Assembly (NCBI GenBank): GCA_963725745.1
Contig: CAVRZS010000004.1
Coordinates: 538,576 to 602,575, forward strand
Direction of reading: 5' to 3'
From: an uncultured Chloroflexia bacterium
Lineage (GTDB): Bacteria > Chloroflexota > Limnocylindria > Limnocylindrales > CSP1-4
Length of the DNA: 64,000 nt
Of the stretch, positions 27,422 to 37,871 are shown piece by piece. The notes below the pieces were generated by a model. That model worked only from the letters and a program-made list of their open reading frames with translations. It did no database searches and was not told where the DNA came from. The translations under genes were made by a program, and so were the position numbers. How positions within the stretch are numbered: position 1 is the first letter of the stretch; every line of letters starts with the position of its first letter.

Positions 27422-28231
27422 CTAGGGCGACGCGGCCGCCAGCTCATCGAGGAATGCGCGCGTCGCGGTCACGATCCGGTCCTGTTGCGCCGTGCGGCTG
27501 ATCGTCGCCGGCGGATCGTTCGGCTGACCGGTGTACCAGCCCATCTGCTCGTGGTTGCCGCCCGCGATGGGATCGAACGTGATGGCCTCGGCGCCACCCA
27601 GCTTGGCGATCGCGTCCGAGCTGGTGTACGACGGCACGCCCTGGTCGAGCGTCCCGTAGCTCGAGAGGACGCGAAGGCCATCGCCGGACAGGTCGGCCGC
27701 CGAGTACGAGGCCCACAGCACGAGGCCACCCACGACGCCAGGATGGCCGTCGATGAACTGGGCGGCCATCGAGCCGCCGAGGGAATGGCCGCCGACGGCC
27801 CAGTGCTCGATCTCGGGATGTGCGTCGATCACGCGCTGCGCCGCGTTGATGTCGAACACGGCGAGGTTGAACGGCACGTCGACGATCGTGACGAGGTAGC
27901 CCGCCTCGGCGATCGCCTGGGCCGCCGGCGCATACGCCGCCGGAGGCACCTTGCCGCCGGGATACAGCACCAGCCCGGTGGTTGGCTCGCTTGCACGCGG
28001 CGCGAAGACCAGGTTTCCATCGCCATCGACCGAGTAGTCGACCGCGTCCGTGGAAGCGAGCGCGGCGGTCGCTTCCGGCAGCAGGGGGACAGGTTGGGCG
28101 TACCACAGGAACGCGGCCGTGCCGACGACCAGCAGGACCAAGACGACGCCGATGGCGACCGCGGCGATCCGGCGTGGGCGAAGCCGGGACCGGGTGGGCT
28201 CAGTGGTCGTGGGTTGCCGCCGGACGGTCAT
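27422..28231 (-). CDS. Membrane-anchored alpha/beta hydrolase
   Basis: ATG 28231 gives MTVRRQPTTTEPTRSRLRPRRIAAVAIGVVLVLLVVG (anchor). Later come GLVLYPGG and the nucleophile elbow WAVGGHSLGGSMAA. The start overlaps the Fur-family gene by about 30 nt, so the exact start is uncertain. Confidence 0.75.
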   Translation of the reverse strand: MTVRRQPTTTEPTRSRLRPRRIAAVAIGVVLVLLVVGTAAFLWYAQPVPLLPEATAALASTDAVDYSVDGDGNLVFAPRASEPTTGLVLYPGGKVPPAAYAPAAQAIAEAGYLVTIVDVPFNLAVFDINAAQRVIDAHPEIEHWAVGGHSLGGSMAAQFIDGHPGVVGGLVLWASYSAADLSGDGLRVLSSYGTLDQGVPSYTSSDAIAKLGGAEAITFDPIAGGNHEQMGWYTGQPNDPPATISRTAQQDRIVTATRAFLDELAAASP

Positions 28232-28724
28232 TGCCTTTGGCCGCCTCGGCGCACGCGGCGCACAGGCCGGTGATGGTGAGGTGTCCCACGTCGGCCGTGA
28301 ACGAGAAGCGGCGTTCGATCGGCCGGACGATCGCGGCGGTGACGTCGGCCCCGAGCTCCCAGGTCTGGAGGCACGAGCGGCACTGCAGGTGGCCGTGATC
28401 GGCCGCGGGCAGGACGTGGAACTCCTCGCGACCCGCCGCCGAGTGGCTGTGGCGGATGTAGCCCAGCTCCTCGAGCACATCGAGCGTCCGGTACACGGTC
28501 GAGGGCGTGGTGTCTGGATCGCGGGCGCGACATCGCTCGACCAGCTCGCTGCCGGTGATGTGCCCATTGGTCGCCTCGAGGACGTCCAGGATCAGGCGTC
28601 GCTGCGGCGTCCAGCGCAGGCCGTGTGCGCGGAGATCGTCCCGGATCCGGCTCCACAGCTGCGGATCGGCATCGGCCGCGCTGCCGCCAAGGGGAGCGGG
28701 TGCGGGTGATCCGATTCTGGCCAT
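28200..28724 (-). CDS. Fur-family metalloregulator (Zur/Nur-like)
   Basis: ATG 28724. It contains LRWTPQRRLILDVLEATNGHITGSELVERCRARDPDTTPSTVYRTLDVLEELGYIRHSH...HGHLQCRSC...LCAAC, giving a wHTH plus two CxxC pairs. It is divergent from the cbiM operon. Confidence 0.85.
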   Translation of the reverse strand: MARIGSPAPAPLGGSAADADPQLWSRIRDDLRAHGLRWTPQRRLILDVLEATNGHITGSELVERCRARDPDTTPSTVYRTLDVLEELGYIRHSHSAAGREEFHVLPAADHGHLQCRSCLQTWELGADVTAAIVRPIERRFSFTADVGHLTITGLCAACAEAAKGNDRPAATHDH

Positions 28725-28762
28725 CGGCCGAAGTATAGGTGTGCGTTGATCGCTCCGCTCGT

Positions 28763-28782
28763 TGTTGCTCATCGTTGCAACA
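28763..28782. promoter_or_regulatory. Inverted repeat TGTTGC-N8-GCAACA (contains the GTTGCAAC palindrome) in the fur-family/cbiM intergenic region
   Basis: tgttgctcatcgttgcaaca lies about 50 nt upstream of the cbiM start. The TTGC/GCAA half-sites recall Nur-type boxes (TTGCAA repeats) as I remember them. Confidence 0.35.
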
Positions 28783-28831
28783 GATACAGGCAGCGATTAC
28801 CATCGACAGCCACGCAACCCAGGAGGAACGG

Positions 28832-29566
28832 ATGATCGCCGCGCTGGTCGCATCGGGGCTCGAAACGACTCCCGCGCCGCCCCAGATGCACGCGCCGGAC
28901 GGCTTCCTCTCGCTGCCGATCGCGGCCGTGATGTGGCTGATCACGATCGTCGTCCTGGCCTTCGCGGTGCGCAAGACCAACGAGACGCTCGACGAGCGAG
29001 CCATTCCGTTGATGGGCGTGACCGCGGCGTTCATCTTCGCGGCCCAGATGTTCAACTTCCAGGTCCTGGGCGGGACCTCTGGACACCTGCTGGGCGGCGT
29101 CCTGGCGGCCGTCCTGCTGGGTCCGTGGGCGGCCACGCTCGTGATGGCCTGCGTGATCGCGGTCCAGGCGCTGGTGTTCCAGGACGGCGGGCTGGTCGTC
29201 ATGGGCGCCAACATCTTCAACATGGGCATCATCGGCACGCTGGGCGGCTACTACATCTATCGCGCCGTGGCGGCGCTCCTCGGCGGCGAGGACCGAGCGC
29301 GAATCCCGGCGGCGGGCATCGCCTCCTGGGCCGCCGTCGTCGCCGGCGCAACCTGCATGGCGTTCGAGCTCGCGCTGAGCGGGACGACGACGCTCGCGAT
29401 CGCCCTGCCGGCGATGCTGATCACGCACGTGTTCATCGGCATCGGCGAAGCGCTGATCACGATGGGCGCCCTGGCGTTCATCGCGGCGACCCGCGCGGAC
29501 CTGTTCAAGCTGCGCGACGCCCGGTTGAGCGAGCCACGGCTCACGGTGGGTCCGGCGAGTGGCTGA
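28832..29566 (+). CDS. cbiM: Cobalt/nickel ECF transporter substrate-capture subunit CbiM/NikM
   Basis: ATG 28832 is preceded by AGGAGG (28821-28826). MIAALVASGLETTPAPPQ-MHAPDGFLS...AAFIFAAQMFNFQVLGGTSGHLLGG...QALVFQDGG. The MH.PDG metal-binding N-terminus would be exposed after removal of an 18-residue leader. Confidence 0.9.
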   Translation: MIAALVASGLETTPAPPQMHAPDGFLSLPIAAVMWLITIVVLAFAVRKTNETLDERAIPLMGVTAAFIFAAQMFNFQVLGGTSGHLLGGVLAAVLLGPWAATLVMACVIAVQALVFQDGGLVVMGANIFNMGIIGTLGGYYIYRAVAALLGGEDRARIPAAGIASWAAVVAGATCMAFELALSGTTTLAIALPAMLITHVFIGIGEALITMGALAFIAATRADLFKLRDARLSEPRLTVGPASG

Positions 29567-29927
29567 GGCGTCCGAGGGCCCCGACCCCGACGAGGCCACC
29601 GACCCGGCACCGGACGCCCCCGGCGAGGCCACGGAGCCGCGCGGCATCCGGCGCTACTGGTGGGTGGCAGGCCTCGCCATCGTCGCCCTCGTCGTCATCG
29701 TCCTCGTCCCGTTCGCCTCGGGCGACCCGGATGGCCTCCAGCGCGTGGCCCAGGACAACGGCTTCCTCGGTTCGGCGCAGGGCCCCGCGTATTCGGTGAT
29801 CCCGGGCTACACGATCCCGGGGCTCAGCGGCGGCCTGTCCAAGGTCGTCGCCGGCCTGATCGGTGTGGCCGTGATCTTCGGGCTGATCGTCGTGGTGGGT
29901 CGCGTCCTCGCCCGTCGCCGGCGCTAG
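29559..29927 (+). CDS. PDGLE-domain protein (CbiN-like accessory component)
   Basis: 122-aa track ORF. It has two TM segments flanking PFASGDPDGLQRVAQDNGF (PDGLE-type motif). It sits between cbiM and cbiQ. Confidence 0.75.
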   Translation: MAEASEGPDPDEATDPAPDAPGEATEPRGIRRYWWVAGLAIVALVVIVLVPFASGDPDGLQRVAQDNGFLGSAQGPAYSVIPGYTIPGLSGGLSKVVAGLIGVAVIFGLIVVVGRVLARRRR

Positions 29928-29937
29928 CGGCACCGCC

Positions 29938-30729
29938 ATGAACCTCGATCGCTACGTCGACCGCGAGAGCCCCGTCCACCGCGCCGACGCGCGGGTGAAG
30001 TTCATCGCCACGATCGCGTTCATCGTCACGGTGAGCCTGCTGCCGATCGGCTCGTTCGTCGCCCTCGTGATCGCGGAGCTCGCGGTCATCGGTGTCTCGG
30101 TCGTCGCCCGCCTGGGGCCCCTTCGGCCCGCGCGGCGGGCGTTCCTGGCGGCGCCGTTCCTGCTCGCGGCGGTGCCGTTGATCTTCACCAAGTCCGGCGA
30201 TCCGCTGGGCACGATCGACCTGGGGCCGCTCACCCTGACCATCAGCGGCGAGGGGCTCGTGCAGTTCGCGACCATCGCGCTCAAGAGCTGGATCAGCGTC
30301 CAGGCGGCGCTGCTGCTCGCGTTCACGACGCCGTTCCACGACCTCGTCGACGGGCTCCGCCAGCTCCACCTGCCGCGGATCATGGTCGCGATCATCAGCT
30401 TCATGTACCGCTACCTCGCCGTGCTGTCCGAGGAGGCGACGCGGATGTCGCGGGCGCGCGCGTCCCGCTCCGCCCAGCCCGACGGCAAGGGCGGCGGCTC
30501 GATCGCGTGGCGGGCGAGGGTGACCGGATCGATGGTCGGCTCGCTGTTCCTCCGCTCGTACGAGCGCAGCGAGCGGATCTACGCGGCCATGCAGGCGCGC
30601 GGCTTCGAGGGCGAGTTCCGCCACCTCCACAGCCGGGCGCTGCGACCCGTCGAGTACGCCTGGCTCGCGGTGATCCTGCTGCTGTGCACGGCGTTCACGA
30701 TCGTCGGTCCGCCTGTGGGTGCCGGTGGC
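29938..30729 (+). CDS. cbiQ: ECF transporter transmembrane (T) component CbiQ
   Basis: MNLDRYVDRESPVHRADARVKFIATIAFIV...SRARASRS...RSERIYAAMQARGFEG matches typical CbiQ/EcfT motifs. No stop codon separates it from the cbiO coding sequence, which is in the same frame; the end is placed at the ATG of cbiO. Confidence 0.75.
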
Positions 30730-31555
30730 ATGAGCGCGGTCGAGCAGCCGGGACACGTGCACGAGCACGTCCACGCCCACGAGCACGCGGTCGGCCACAC
30801 GCACGACCACGACGAGCCGGCCCACCCGCACGCCGGCGTCGCCTCGACGGCCGTCGTGATCGAGCACCTTCATTACCGCTATCCCGACGGCTTCGAGGCG
30901 CTCAAGGGGCTCGATCTCGTCGATCGGGGCAGGCGAGAAGGTCGCCCTCGTCGGGCCCAACGGGGCCGGCAAGAGCACGTTGATGCTCCATCTCAACGGG
31001 ATCTACGAGCCGAGCCACGGCAGCGTGCGCATCGGCGACATGGTCGTCGACCGGTCGACCGTGCGCCGGATCCGGGCGAAGGTGGGCCTCGTGTTCCAGG
31101 ATCCCGACGACCAGCTGTTCAGCCCGACGGTGTTCGAGGACGTGGCCTTCGGGCCGCTGCACATGGGCGTTGCCGAGGCCGAGATCCACGACCGGGTCGA
31201 GCGTGCCCTGGCGGCCGTGGGCATGGCCGGCAGCGAACGGCGCATGCCGCACCGCCTGAGCCTCGGCCAGCGCAAGCGGGTGGCGCTCGCCACCGTGCTG
31301 TCGATGGACCCGGAGGTGCTGGTGTTCGACGAGCCGTCGGCGGGGCTGGATCCACGGGGCCGCCGCGAGCTGATCGGGGTGCTCGAGGGCCTGCGTCAGA
31401 CGCTGCTCGTCTCGACCCACGACATGCGTCTCGTGGACGAGGTCTTCGCACGCACGGTCGTCATGGACGACGGCCGGATCGTGGGCGACGGGCCGACCGG
31501 CTCGATCCTGGGCGATGAGCGGTTCCTGCACGACCACGGGCTCGAGCGACCGTAG
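30730..31555 (+). pseudogene. cbiO: ECF transporter ATPase CbiO with a His-rich N-terminal tract, interrupted by a +1 frameshift near 30918-30923
   Basis: MSAVEQPGHVHEHVHAHEHAVGHTHDHDEPAHPHAGVASTAVVIEHLHYRYPDGFEALKGLDLV is in the frame of 29938. The next segment IGAGEKVALVGPNGAGKSTLMLHLNGIYEP...LSLGQRKRVALA...VLVFDEPSAGLD is in the frame of track ORF 30980..31555. The junction reads ctc gtc g atc ggg. Confidence 0.8.
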
Positions 31556-31561
31556 GTCCGG

Positions 31562-32470
31562 TCAGCGCTCGACCGCGTCACCGGCGTAGAACGGCTGATG
31601 CAGCGAGCCGCGCACGCCGGTGACCGGATCGCGCCACGCGAGGTGGAGCACGAGCTGGCCGACGACCCGACGGCGGACGGGGATGGTGCCCGAGACCGTG
31701 CCGAGACCCAGCGCCCGCCCGGCAGCCGACCCCACTCGCCAGATGTCGACGAAACTTCCGCCGGCCGTCTGCCCGATCCTGCCATTGGCCGCATCGGTGA
31801 GCCAGGCCGAGACGTGGGCGAAGCGGAGCGGCGCGGACGCGCTGAACTCGACGTCCGGCCGATGACCATCGCTGCTGACCAGTGAAACGTTCCACAGCAC
31901 CACCGCGCCGCCGCCGTTCAGGCTGATCGTCTGCGTCACCTCGACCGCTCCCTGCGGGAGGACGACCACGGCGCGGACCGTGGCCGGGAGGGTGACGCTC
32001 GGCGCGAACACCTCGACATACCCTGCCCAGGTGCCGTCTGGTCCGGTCGTGACGCCGCGCCAGCCGAGCACCGCGCCGCCGACCAGGACAGACACGTGGA
32101 CCCTCTGGTGAGCGGCTGTTCGCAAGGTGACCGCGACCTGCCCACCTGTCACCGCCGCCCCCTCGACGGGCTGCACCAGCTCGATCGCCGGCGCCACCGA
32201 CGGTTCCCATGGGTGAGCGTCCTTCGTGGGCATGGATCGAGCTTCCTGCGGTTCCGCGGCCCGGTCGAACCCGGGCGCCGGACGCGGCAGACTTGGTGGC
32301 GCCATCGCATTGCTCACGAACCCGAAGCAGACGACGGCAGCGATCGCGGCGAGGGCGAGCAACCAGCGCCGATCCGTTGCGCCGACCGGCCGCGCAGTCG
32401 AAAGGTCCTCGAGCACCACCCGCTCCTCGTCGCGCGAGCGTCCGACCGTGGAGAGGTCCATCGTCGGCAT
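31562..32470 (-). CDS. Membrane-anchored extracytoplasmic protein of unknown function (third gene of the ECF sigma operon)
   Basis: 302-aa track ORF. It has a single TM (RRWLLALAAIAAVVCFGFVSNA) followed by a beta-rich region (VAVTLRTAAHQRVHVSVLVGGAVLGWRGVTTGPDGTWAGYVEVF). It starts 3 nt after the anti-sigma stop. Confidence 0.55.
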   Translation of the reverse strand: MPTMDLSTVGRSRDEERVVLEDLSTARPVGATDRRWLLALAAIAAVVCFGFVSNAMAPPSLPRPAPGFDRAAEPQEARSMPTKDAHPWEPSVAPAIELVQPVEGAAVTGGQVAVTLRTAAHQRVHVSVLVGGAVLGWRGVTTGPDGTWAGYVEVFAPSVTLPATVRAVVVLPQGAVEVTQTISLNGGGAVVLWNVSLVSSDGHRPDVEFSASAPLRFAHVSAWLTDAANGRIGQTAGGSFVDIWRVGSAAGRALGLGTVSGTIPVRRRVVGQLVLHLAWRDPVTGVRGSLHQPFYAGDAVER

Positions 32471-32472
32471 CC

Positions 32473-33747
32473 CTACGGCGCCAGCCGCTGCTGCGTCCAG
32501 GCCCGCAGACCCGGAACGGCAATCACCGTCTCAGCGCCGGTCTCCGCGTCGATCTCGATCAGGCGATTGGCGTCCCCGTTGGGGACCGTGAGGATCCCGA
32601 TCACGTACCTGCCGTCCGCAGACCATCCGACGGCCGGCGCATTGCCGTCGTAGTCGATCGCCATGCGAGGCACGCCCTCGTGTGCATATCGCCGGACGTT
32701 GGATCCGTCCGCGTCGGCGACGTCGACCTCGGGGGGGAGGCTCGGGTCTGCCGATGCGTGGAGCCACGCGATCCGTTTGCCGTCCGGCGACCAGGACTGC
32801 GAACCCACGAAGGCTCCTCGATCGACCAGGTGCTCGTTCGCACCATCGACATCGACCATCCACACCGTGGTGGAGCCGTCACCGCCCGAAAACATCAGCC
32901 GCCGACCATCGGGCGACCAGACCGGCGCGAACGCCCCGGCATTGCCCGAGACCGTCGAGATGCGACGCGCTCCACTGCCGTCCGCTCGCATGACATAGAG
33001 ACCTCTGCTCTGATCGGAGGCCCCGCCACTGAAGGCGATCAGGCTCCCGTCAGGCGACCAGGCGGGGAGCTGGGCCATGAGTGCTGGGTCGCCGAGTTGC
33101 GTCACGCCGGCACCGTCGGCGCGCGCAACGAACATCTGTGACTGGCTCGCCGTGTCAGCCCAGTAGGCGATCGATTGCCCGTCCGGGGACCACGCCAACG
33201 AGCCATCGTGGTGAGTGCTAGCGCCAACCTCGGCGAGTTCCGCGCGGGCGACGGCGTGCCGCCCCGACCCGTCGGCGTTCATCACCACCAGATCCGACAA
33301 AGCCTGGAGGATCCCCGTCGACCAGAACGCGACCCTGGTCCCGTCGCGTGAGAACACGGGGTTGGAGTCCCAGTCGACGCCGGAGGTGAGCGCGTGCTGG
33401 CGCGTGCCGTCGGGCGCCATAGAAACGATATCGCCGTAGAGGTTCAGGACGAAGATGCCCGGCCGTGCCGGCCCGAATGGCGGCGGGACGCGCGGCCGCG
33501 AGCCGATTGCGAGGATCGCGGTGATCGCGATCAGCAACACGAGCGCCGCCACGGCGGCGTAGCGCAGCACCGTCATGGACTGGCTCGGCCGCGGCAGCCA
33601 CCGATCCGGAGTCAGCCATCCCGGCCGTCGCCTCGTCCTCGCCGTCTCGGCGGCGATGGCATCGACGAGATCCGACGGCGCCAGGGCGGGTGCGTCCGCC
33701 CGGAACCAAGCCTCGAGGACGCGGTCGAAGTCGTTCGCGGCTGTCAT
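32473..33747 (-). CDS. Anti-sigma factor-like N-domain + TM + TolB-like (PD40/WD40-like) beta-propeller
   Basis: 424-aa track ORF. MTAANDFDRVLEAWFRADAP... (cytoplasmic), LRYAAVAALVLLIAITAILAI (TM), then repeated blades with ..SPDG...AF... and LYVMRADGSG motifs. The start overlaps the sigma-gene stop by 4 nt. Confidence 0.75.
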   Translation of the reverse strand: MTAANDFDRVLEAWFRADAPALAPSDLVDAIAAETARTRRRPGWLTPDRWLPRPSQSMTVLRYAAVAALVLLIAITAILAIGSRPRVPPPFGPARPGIFVLNLYGDIVSMAPDGTRQHALTSGVDWDSNPVFSRDGTRVAFWSTGILQALSDLVVMNADGSGRHAVARAELAEVGASTHHDGSLAWSPDGQSIAYWADTASQSQMFVARADGAGVTQLGDPALMAQLPAWSPDGSLIAFSGGASDQSRGLYVMRADGSGARRISTVSGNAGAFAPVWSPDGRRLMFSGGDGSTTVWMVDVDGANEHLVDRGAFVGSQSWSPDGKRIAWLHASADPSLPPEVDVADADGSNVRRYAHEGVPRMAIDYDGNAPAVGWSADGRYVIGILTVPNGDANRLIEIDAETGAETVIAVPGLRAWTQQRLAP

Positions 33748-34304
33748 CCCAGGGGTCCCTCCGGCAGCAGCGACGACCGCGCATCGGCGTCGAGGTTGGC
33801 GCGCATGGCGGCGGCGGCCCGGTTGAGGCGCGACTTGGCGGTCCCGAGCCTGACGCCCATCGTGTCCGCGACCTCCGCGAGCGAAAGGCCTTCGTAGAAG
33901 CGAAGCACGAGGGCCGCGCGCAGGTCGGGGTCGAGTCGCCGGAACCCTCGCTCGAGCTCGTCGCGCTGGGCGAGCTGGGCCGACGAATCGGGGACCGCGC
34001 CGACGCCTGAGAGCGGGATCTGATCGATGTCGACGTGCCTACGCTTGCGCTCCCGGCCGGCCTCGCGATAGCAGCTGCGAACGACGAGCCGCCGGACCCA
34101 GGCGTCGAATCGATCGGGATCCCGGAGCGACGAAAGGTCGCGCCAGGCGGCGACGTACGCCTCCTGCGTCGCGTCGCGGGCCAACTCAGGGTCGCGCAGG
34201 ATCAGGGTCGCGAGCGCATGGGAGCGGTCGATCGTCTGCCTGACCAGCTCCGTGTACGCGTCTCGATCGCCCGAGATCGCCCGTTCGACGAGGTCCCGGT
34301 CCAC
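33744..34304 (-). CDS. ECF (group 4) RNA polymerase sigma factor
   Basis: 186-aa track ORF. Region 2 reads DATQEAYVAAWRDLSSLRDPDRFDAWVRRLVVRSCYRE. Region 4 reads ALVLRFYEGLSLAEVADTMGVRLGTAKSRLNRA. Confidence 0.9.
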   Translation of the reverse strand: MDRDLVERAISGDRDAYTELVRQTIDRSHALATLILRDPELARDATQEAYVAAWRDLSSLRDPDRFDAWVRRLVVRSCYREAGRERKRRHVDIDQIPLSGVGAVPDSSAQLAQRDELERGFRRLDPDLRAALVLRFYEGLSLAEVADTMGVRLGTAKSRLNRAAAAMRANLDADARSSLLPEGPLG

Positions 34305-34385
34305 CGGTCCTCCCCAGGTGGGCGGGCCCCGTGCCCGCCGTCACAGCCTAAGGGGCGACCTGATGCCCAAAGGTTCCCGAAACGC

Positions 34386-35507
34386 TCAGGCCGCGCCCGC
34401 GACGACATCCTCGTCGCCCTCGCTCGCGGTGCCCCGGCGGGCCCGCCGCACCCGGGCGTCCGCCAGCGCGTCGCCCAGGATCCGCGTCAGCTGGTCCCAC
34501 TCGATCAGGAACGCGTCGTGGCCCTTGGTCGAGGCGAGCTCGCGGTACGTCGCATCGACGCCGGCCGCGCGCGCCGACGCGACCAGCGCCCGGACCTGGG
34601 CGGGCCCATACAGGATGTCGCCCTCGATGCCCAGGCCGGTGAGGCCGGTGCCGGCGTCCCCGAGGGCCCCGAACGCGGCCTCGATTCCGCCCCGGTCGCG
34701 GCCGACGTCGTGGCCGTCCATCACGCCGACGAGCGTCCGGTACGTGTTGCGGTCGAACCGGTCGACCAGCTTGTCGCCCTGGTGGTCGAGGTAGGAGTTG
34801 ATCGAGAACCGCCCGTCCGCCTCGCGCTCGCGCCCGAACCGGCCGTTGAAGTCGCTCTCCGATCGATACGTGGTCATGGCCAGCTGGCGGGCGAGCGCCA
34901 GGCCCTCGTCGCCGAGCCGGTCCACGAGCTCGAGCTGGATGTGGTTCCAGGCAATGGCCATCGCCTCGGTGGCGGCCGGTGCCGCGATCGGGACGACGTG
35001 GTCGACCCGCTCCGGTCGCTCGAGCGCAACCTCGAGCGCGATCATGCCGCCCAGCGAGCCGCCGGTGACGACGGCCCAGTGGTCGATCCCGAGGTGATCC
35101 GCCAGGGACCACAGGGCACGGGCCTCGTCGCGGGCTGAGACCTGGGGAAAGGCGTCGCCCCAGGCCTCGCCGGTCGACGGATCGACGAATGCCGGACCCG
35201 TCGAGCCGTAGTTGCCGCCGAGCAGGTTCGCGCACAGCACGCCGACGGTGTCGGTGTCGATGGCGAGGCCGGGGCCGATCAGGGGCGCCCACCAGTCGCC
35301 GGCCGCGTCGGCCGAGCCGGTGAGCGCGTGGATCACGAGGACCTGCGGCGCGTCGGGGCCCGGGCCGTCGTGGCGATAGGCGAGCGTGAGGGGCAGGGGA
35401 GGTCCGCCGGCCTCGAGCGCGAATGGCCCGAGGTCGGCGTGGGCGACCCGCCCGGCCCCGAACGGAGACCGGGCGGCGTCGGGCCGGGATTGGGGCGTTG
35501 GCGCCAT
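34386..35507 (-). CDS. metX: Homoserine O-acetyltransferase
   Basis: ATG 35507. Contains VLVIHALTGSADAAGDWWAPLIGPG...LLGGNYGSTGP...AVVTGGSLGGMIALE...STKGHDAFLIE. Confidence 0.9.
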   Translation of the reverse strand: MAPTPQSRPDAARSPFGAGRVAHADLGPFALEAGGPPLPLTLAYRHDGPGPDAPQVLVIHALTGSADAAGDWWAPLIGPGLAIDTDTVGVLCANLLGGNYGSTGPAFVDPSTGEAWGDAFPQVSARDEARALWSLADHLGIDHWAVVTGGSLGGMIALEVALERPERVDHVVPIAAPAATEAMAIAWNHIQLELVDRLGDEGLALARQLAMTTYRSESDFNGRFGREREADGRFSINSYLDHQGDKLVDRFDRNTYRTLVGVMDGHDVGRDRGGIEAAFGALGDAGTGLTGLGIEGDILYGPAQVRALVASARAAGVDATYRELASTKGHDAFLIEWDQLTRILGDALADARVRRARRGTASEGDEDVVAGAA

Positions 35508-35517
35508 GGCCGGCGCC

Positions 35518-37110
<1,593 letters not shown>

Positions 37111-37242
37111 CGGAGGATGCCGGAGGTGGGACGGATGCGTCAACCCCTGGTTGCGTGTGCAACCGAAACACAATCCTTGTGGCAGGTGACCCGCCGCTGC
37201 CGACGGGTCACAGGTGCTCGCGAAGATCAGCGGTGTGAGCTG

Positions 37243-37824
37243 TCAGCTGCCCGCGCTGGGCGAGGGGGAGGCACCGGGTGCGGTGCCGTCCTTGCCGAAG
37301 CCGTGGCCGAAGCCGAAGCCGGGGCCGCGACCGCCGAAGCCGCCGAACATGCCCCGGCCGATCGACTGCAGCTCATCGGTCGTGATCTTGCCGTCGTCCA
37401 TCAGGTTGGTGAGCTGGCGGAGCGGGCTGTCGGCCGGGAGCTGGTTCAGCTCGTCCTGGGTGATCTGCCCATCGGCGAGGAAGTCCTTGACCTTGGCGGC
37501 CTGCGCGCGGAGCGCCTCCATGCGCGCCTTCATATCGGCGGCGCGCTGCGCTCGTTCCGCCTGGAGGCCGTCGAGGATGGCCTGCTTCTGGGCCGCACTG
37601 ATGGTGCCCTTGGTGACCAGGTCATCGAGGACCGAGGCGAGCGCCGGGTCCTCGAATACGCGCTTCGGCGCCCCCGAGGCGGCGGGCGAGGGCGATTCGG
37701 CAGCCGGGGCGACGGCGGCACCGGCGGCCGCCGGCGAATTGCCGGTGCTCGCGAGCGCCGCGCCGGCGCCCAGGATGACGAGCAGGAGCGAGACCGGGAT
37801 GACGAGCGACTTGCTGAGCTTCAC
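37243..37824 (-). CDS. Secreted helical protein with DG.IT.DEL / IS..Q repeats and a Gly/Phe-rich C-terminus (possible Spy/CpxP/ZraP-like accessory of the upstream two-component system)
   Basis: GTG 37824 is preceded by GGGGAG. VKLSKSLVIPVSLLLVILGAGAALAS is a signal peptide. Repeats include LVTKGTISAAQKQAILDGL, FLADGQITQDELNQL and LMDDGKITTDELQSI. The tail reads GMFGGFGGRGPGFGFGHGFG. Confidence 0.6.
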   Translation of the reverse strand: MKLSKSLVIPVSLLLVILGAGAALASTGNSPAAAGAAVAPAAESPSPAASGAPKRVFEDPALASVLDDLVTKGTISAAQKQAILDGLQAERAQRAADMKARMEALRAQAAKVKDFLADGQITQDELNQLPADSPLRQLTNLMDDGKITTDELQSIGRGMFGGFGGRGPGFGFGHGFGKDGTAPGASPSPSAGS

Positions 37825-37871
37825 GTGAACTCCCCGATTGGACGCCGTGACGGGCGTGACGCTGGACTTGA

